Assembly: GCF_048593235.1 (NCBI RefSeq)
Contig: NC_133620.1
Location: 440,725,261 to 440,789,260, forward strand
DNA length: 64,000 nucleotides
Reading direction: 5' to 3'
From: Sminthopsis crassicaudata
Taxonomy: Eukaryota
The notes beneath the pieces are model-generated. The model was not told the DNA's origin and did not search any database. It saw only the letters and a list, made by a program, of their open reading frames with translations. Each line of letters opens with the position of its first letter. The first letter of the stretch is position 1. Both the position numbers and the translations under genes were made by a program. Below, piece by piece: positions 58,721 to 64,000 of this stretch.

Positions 58721-59716
58721 AGTGCTATTGTTAATAAATGTTGTGTGGTACCTAACACATTATGTGTTAGCCCTGAGGAAGATCTCCTCCCTTTCCAGAT
58801 TTTCAGGTTGCTTCCTTTTGATTCAATCCAATCCAGCCAGCCAGACTCAAACACCTCATAAACAGAGTCACGGCTGGCTGCTTCTTTCAAGGTAATTTGT
58901 CTCCAATCCACTGTTTTGAATCCAAGATCTCACATTCACTCCCAGTACAGACAACACTTAAACAACAATCAGCCAAGCAGACAGGGTGAGAGGACTGGGG
59001 TTGGTGTGCTTTCCATTGAGGAAAAAAGTTTATTTATAAAACAAATTCCAGCATCCAAAAATCTTAGATGTTTATTTTAAAATAAAATGGTGTTTTAGGG
59101 TTTGGGATGTGAGAAGAACTAGCACCAGCCCTCCTCCTTTCCTCACATCCCCGTATCCTGGACCAAGCTTTCCAGAAACCCTGGAGAGAGCCAGGAGGTC
59201 TGATTTCTATTACCAGAGCTATTCCTGATTCGGTCTATAAACCTTGCTCAGACCCACACCCCTAAAAAAAAAAAAAAACACTTTACCTCCCCTTGCCTCA
59301 GTTTTTTCCTCTTTTTCATTTGAGCTCATGACATATAATGATGAATTTTTTAAAAGCTCTTTTTTCTGTTCTCAGCAAGCGCAAGAAATAGGAAAAATTC
59401 TATTGAGATGACCACAAGTGAGCTGGACATTTGAGATATGACAAGTGAGCAAGACCTTTAGGACATTCTCCTTTGAGATGTTTTACCTATCTTTTCCACT
59501 CCTCCATTCTATTCTTCCTTCCCATCCCCCTATGGCTTAAAGCAATCTCCACCCCCCACACCCGAGCTGACCTACTCCTGGACCACAGGAACAGCCCCTG
59601 GGGGGCTGATCCAGATTCTCAGCTGTTCCTCCCCCATCCAAATCCTGGAGAAAGTAGTTGAACACACCCTACACACTCCCACAGCCCTTCTCCTTCAAGT
59701 ATCACCTCCCCATTCT

Positions 59717-59872
59717 NNNNNNNNNNNNNNNNNNNNNNNNNNNNNNNNNNNNNNNNNNNNNNNNNNNNNNNNNNNNNNNNNNNNNNNNNNNNNNNNNNNN
59801 NNNNNNNNNNNNNNNNNNNNNNNNNNNNNNNNNNNNNNNNNNNNNNNNNNNNNNNNNNNNNNNNNNNNNNNN
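59717..59872. other. Assembly gap (N)
   Basis: Run of 156 N. Confidence 0.99.
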
Positions 59873-60120
59873 TGTTTAAACCTGAAGCTTACCAGCCAAA
59901 GTACAGGCAAATGAATTCTGTTCAACAACACTTCAATCTCCATTCCCCAACACATGTCAGCCAATGTCTTCACACATCCCGTCTCCAGTTGGGATTCATG
60001 TGCCCGAAAGGCCTTTGGGGATTGTGTGAAGGGGATTTGGAGGAGACAGGCTGCAAAGATTCCTTCACTGTCAACCAAAGCCCTACTTAACCCATCAGAT
60101 GATAGACCTGGGCTTGTGAT

Positions 60121-60126
60121 TTTATT
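60121..60126 (-). terminator. Candidate ANKRD35 polyadenylation signal
   Basis: TTTATT on the plus strand, about 810 nt downstream of a strong minus-strand acceptor (tcttctttttttcag) at 60936. Confidence 0.5.
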
Positions 60127-61039
60127 GGTATAAGAAAATCCCAAGGAAACTCCCTCTACCAATAGAGATTAGAGAATAGACTTTAGAATTTAATTGAATT
60201 GCCTGAAGTCCATATAACTGGTATTCAGACAGATCTTAAATCCATAATTTGGATACAAGGCCAGCTCTTTATCCCCTAGCTCATGTTGCCTCCATTAGAG
60301 TTTGAAGGGACAGTGTTGAAACTGTCAGACCAACCTCCAAGGCTACAGGGGACATACTCTCACCCAGCCAAATGGTAGCTTTGGGGGTTGGTACACAGGA
60401 GGAGAGTAGTACAAGTCTTTATAGAATAAAGGAAGCTCCATTGTCTTAGCTGAAAAAAGACCTGGTGTGGGACAGGAGAGCTGTCCACATTTCACTCTGG
60501 TTGGAATAGAAGCTAGTTCTCTACCCTGACATCTTTCTACACTAGACAAAAAGCACATAGTGACATAGTGACTCAGTGGCCTTAAGGAAGAGAAGAGACT
60601 GTAGTTATCTCCATAAGAAAGTGTTGGCAAGAGAGTCACATCAATGACCTCACCTAGGGGAGAAGTCATTTGTGGCTAATCCCAAAGGAGCTAGGAAATG
60701 CATGTCTACCCTGGCCCCAGACCAAAGAATCAATGCTAGTGAACACCATACTGTCTCCTGCTTTATTTCCCACAAAGCTGGTTTCTTCCATGCTTTTATT
60801 CTGGATCCATCAGTCTTGCATCCAAGGTCTAGGTCCTTCATGTCAGAGAAGTCCAGCCCACACCAGTGCTATGGGCCAGCCCCACCACCACCACACCATG
60901 TCCATGGTTCTGGCCTCTGATGCTGTCCTTGCCCTCTGAAAAAAGAAGAGGACATTAAGAAGGAAACACACATTCTAGCCTTCTCAATCCCCTACCTCAA
61001 TGCTCAGAGGAGACCCCTTTATGTATGAATTGGGATAAC

Positions 61040-61275
61040 TTAGTGGCCCAGTGGATAGAGTGCTGGGCCTGAATTCAGGAAGACTCATCTTCTTGAGTTC
61101 CAACCTGGCCTCGGACACTTACTAGCTGTGTGTCGTTGGGCAAGTCATTTAACCCTGTTTGTTTCCTCATCTGTAAAAGGAGCCAGAGCAGGAAATGGTG
61201 AACCATTCTAGCATCTTTGCCAAGACAACCCCAAATGGGGTCACAGAGAGTCAGACATGACTAAACAATAACAAT
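61040..61275 (+). mobile_element. MAR1-type SINE
   Basis: Head, CORE and tail catctttgccaagacaaccccaaatggggtcac...aacaa. Confidence 0.75.
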
Positions 61276-61715
61276 GTGTATGAACTGGAAAGAGGAGATT
61301 ACCTTGTTTAGAGGCAGAGAAAGGAATGAAATGAACTTGGGATGAAAAAGGAGTTGGGGGAAATGTGAATCTCTGGCAGTCTTAGATTATACCATGGGAG
61401 ATAGTACTGCCCCCTTTAATTACCACCAGCCTCCTTTTACTGACCATGTGCTTTTATTAACCCCTTTACTACTACTACCCCAGATGCTATCTTGAACTCT
61501 TACTCCACAATTAGCTACTCCCTTCTATTATCTCCACTAATTCAGCCTCAGGGCTGCCATCAATCTCAATCACACATAGGGAAGAGGAAGAGAGGGGAAC
61601 CCCCTTCATTTTCATCTTCCAAACTCTCTTCCCCTAGTTCCAGCTCCTTTTCTCCCTGTATCTTATCACAAACTCACAGAAGAGAAGTCTCATATCCAGC
61701 ATCATCCATTCGAAC

Positions 61716-62891
61716 TCACTCCTGCATCTTGAGGATCCGTAGAAGAATCTTGTATACATCCTGTTCCATATAGCCCTGTGCACATAAGGAAGGTGGGAGA
61801 GATGAAAAGAGTTGGAGGGGAGGAGGCAGATTAAATTAGGAAAGGGGCAGCTGACTTCTTCATCCTTTCCAGAAGTCAGGCCCAATATCTCCTAACAGGG
61901 TTAAAACTGGTTCCAGTTAGCACTGAGACTGAAACAGGAGAAGGGACTAAAGGAAGGACAAAGAACCAAAAAACTTGTTTCAGAATCTGAAAAGAGGATG
62001 ATTCAGAGAAAAAAAAAAAGAGAGACACATTTCTCTTAAACACACCCAGATGCACACAATCCAAACAACCAAGTACCTCCCAATCTGGAGACAAATGAGA
62101 GAGGGGTTCCCCAATACAGAATCCCGACCAGTCCATGTCCTTACCTGAGCAGCATTAAGTAGATGGTTCCTGTAGGTGGAAATGATTTCCTGATGGTTCT
62201 TCTGGGAATCCTGGGAATGAGTATCAATGAATTGAATCTTGCATCCCTACCTTCATAGTCCTCAGAAGCACAAAGTAGGAATCTTTTTCAAATCAATTAA
62301 TCTCAAACACATACTTATTTAGCAAACACTCACTACTTGCAAAGAGCTATATCAGGAACTGGGAGTTCTGTTAAGACAGTACTTGTCCTCATGGCATTTA
62401 TAGTCTTAAATAGGGGAAGGAATTCAACACAACCCCCCACGAATAACTATCATGCAAAATAATACTCCTACATACATAAGAGACATGCAAAAAAAAAAAA
62501 GTGCTATCACATGTATTGTACCTAGACTATATTGTAACACATGTAAAATGTATGGGATTGCCTGTCATGGGGGGGAGGGAATAGAGGGAGGGGGGCTAAT
62601 TTGGAAAAATGAATACAAGGGATAATATTATAAAAAATATATATATAATAAAAAAATTTAAAAAAAAGTGCTATATGAGATCATGGGCCAGCCGATACCA
62701 ATTCCTCGGGGATAAGTAAGGCTCTTCAGATCTGTCATTGGCTCTGCCCATGGTCCTGCCAATCACACTTTCTAGCCCAGTTCTCCAGGGATAAGACCAA
62801 CCTGCAACTGTAGCATAAGCCGGGTATTTTCCCCACGAACAGCAAGGACTTCAGCTGACATTTGTTCCAGTTTCTTCAGCAGCTCCCTGAT
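61716..62891 (-). CDS. ANKRD35: Ankyrin repeat domain protein 35, last three coding exons (3' partial)
   Basis: 62891-62802 encodes IRELLKKLEQMSAEVLAVRGENTRLMLQLQ; 62210-62145 DSQKNHQEIISTYRNHLLNAAQ; 61775-61716 GYMEQDVYKILLRILKMQE*. All junctions are phase 0 and GT-AG. Matches the recalled ANKRD35 C-terminus and the expected synteny next to PIAS3. Confidence 0.9.
62508..62660 (+). mobile_element. Short 5'-truncated L1 3' end in an ANKRD35 intron
   Basis: TSD aaaaaaagtgctat on both sides (ending 62507 and 62674). Confidence 0.88.
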
Positions 62892-64000
62892 CTGGGATCA
62901 GAGGTAGAAGAGGGAGTCAATGCAATCAACCTCAAAGTCCTATTACCTCCATATTTTACTCCCTCCCCCCCCCATATACACTACAAGGCATCAGATGGCT
63001 GCCTAATACCAACTATAAGCCCTGATAAGCAACATCAGTTAAGTGAGGGCCAAAACACATGATAAGGACATTAGGGTACTTTCTCCTTCAGTCCAGTTCA
63101 TCAATGTCCCTTCTCTTCCTTGAAAGCCTGGCTCAAAAATTGCAGGAAGCCTTCTGGGATAAACCCCACCCCATTTTGATCATTCTTTTACACTTATGCA
63201 CTCTGTGGTAATATTAATTTATACTTGCTTGTATGTTGTTTTCCTAAACTCTAAATTTATTTCCTGAACTGATCAAATAGGATTATAGTAGCTCTTTTTA
63301 AAATGGCCGAGATTTGTTTTTTTTTCATTATACAAAAGGTTATGAACTTACTAAGGGAAGTACTTCAAAGTTTGTAAGTCACTTGTTTGGCATTCAGAAC
63401 GCATTTCCCCTTAGAAACAATGCTTAAACGATGGTTAGGTTCCCAGGCCAACCCACAAAAACCCATAATGTCAAAATTATTTTAACCATACAGGAGCTAG
63501 AGTTGGATTTCAGAGGTTAGTAAATTCAAGTTATTCATTTTTCTGAAGAAGAAACTGAGGTCCAGAGAGAATGTGATGTGTGTAAAGTAATAATACTACA
63601 GGGCCAGGGCATTTTTCACTATGGTCCTAATAGCATCCTTGAACCACAAATCCCCACAAATGCCACACCCATAGTCCCCTCTCCCAGCAATAGCAGGATA
63701 GGGACAAACTCTTCAGTTTCTCTGCCCCAAAACTTCTTAAAATGTGGGTTGCAACCTCATATAGAATCACATAACCGAATGTGGAAGAAGTGAAATTATG
63801 ATTTATTACATTATCATATGATAATATTGCTACCAATAAATGTTTGATTTCTAGGCTTATTTTATGTACATACATAGAAATATCTATATGTAAATATATG
63901 ATTAATGTTATATATTATACATAATATATAATTATTATATTATGTTATACATAATATATATTAAATATATCCTATAGATATACCAGGGATCATGTAAAAT

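Noticed and set aside
63860-63975. AT-only stretch near the right edge
   Set aside because: Degenerate (TA)n low complexity adjoining a hAT MITE remnant; no further structure.
1-64000. CRISPR arrays, rRNA, bona fide tRNA/snRNA genes, prokaryote-type systems
   Set aside because: None seen; the repeats are mammalian TEs, microsatellites or local duplications.

Overview
Eukaryotic genomic DNA from a marsupial, most likely a dasyurid (inferred from WSINE1/MAR1-type SINEs, marsupial L1 3' ends and an OC1-like hAT MITE). The window carries the syntenic block RNF115(-, partial) | POLR3C(+) | NUDT17(+) | PIAS3(-) | ANKRD35(-, partial). I reconstructed the exons by hand from splice signals and recalled orthologue proteins: POLR3C 535 aa, NUDT17 322 or 294 aa, PIAS3 629 aa, all frames intact. 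There are three CpG islands, three N gaps and dense TE content. The most unusual observations are: (1) an antisense L1 inserted into another L1 and truncated exactly at the position homologous to its own target site, forming a ~127 bp-arm hairpin; (2) a recent ~310 bp duplication shared by POLR3C introns 9 and 11, where intron 9 is U12-type; (3) a hidden YBX3-like cold-shock-domain retrocopy fragment in RNF115 intron 1; (4) an 18 bp perfect palindrome containing a CLEAR box near the RNF115 start. I see no wholly new multi-gene system. No searches were run, so all family and orthologue names rest on recalled sequences.
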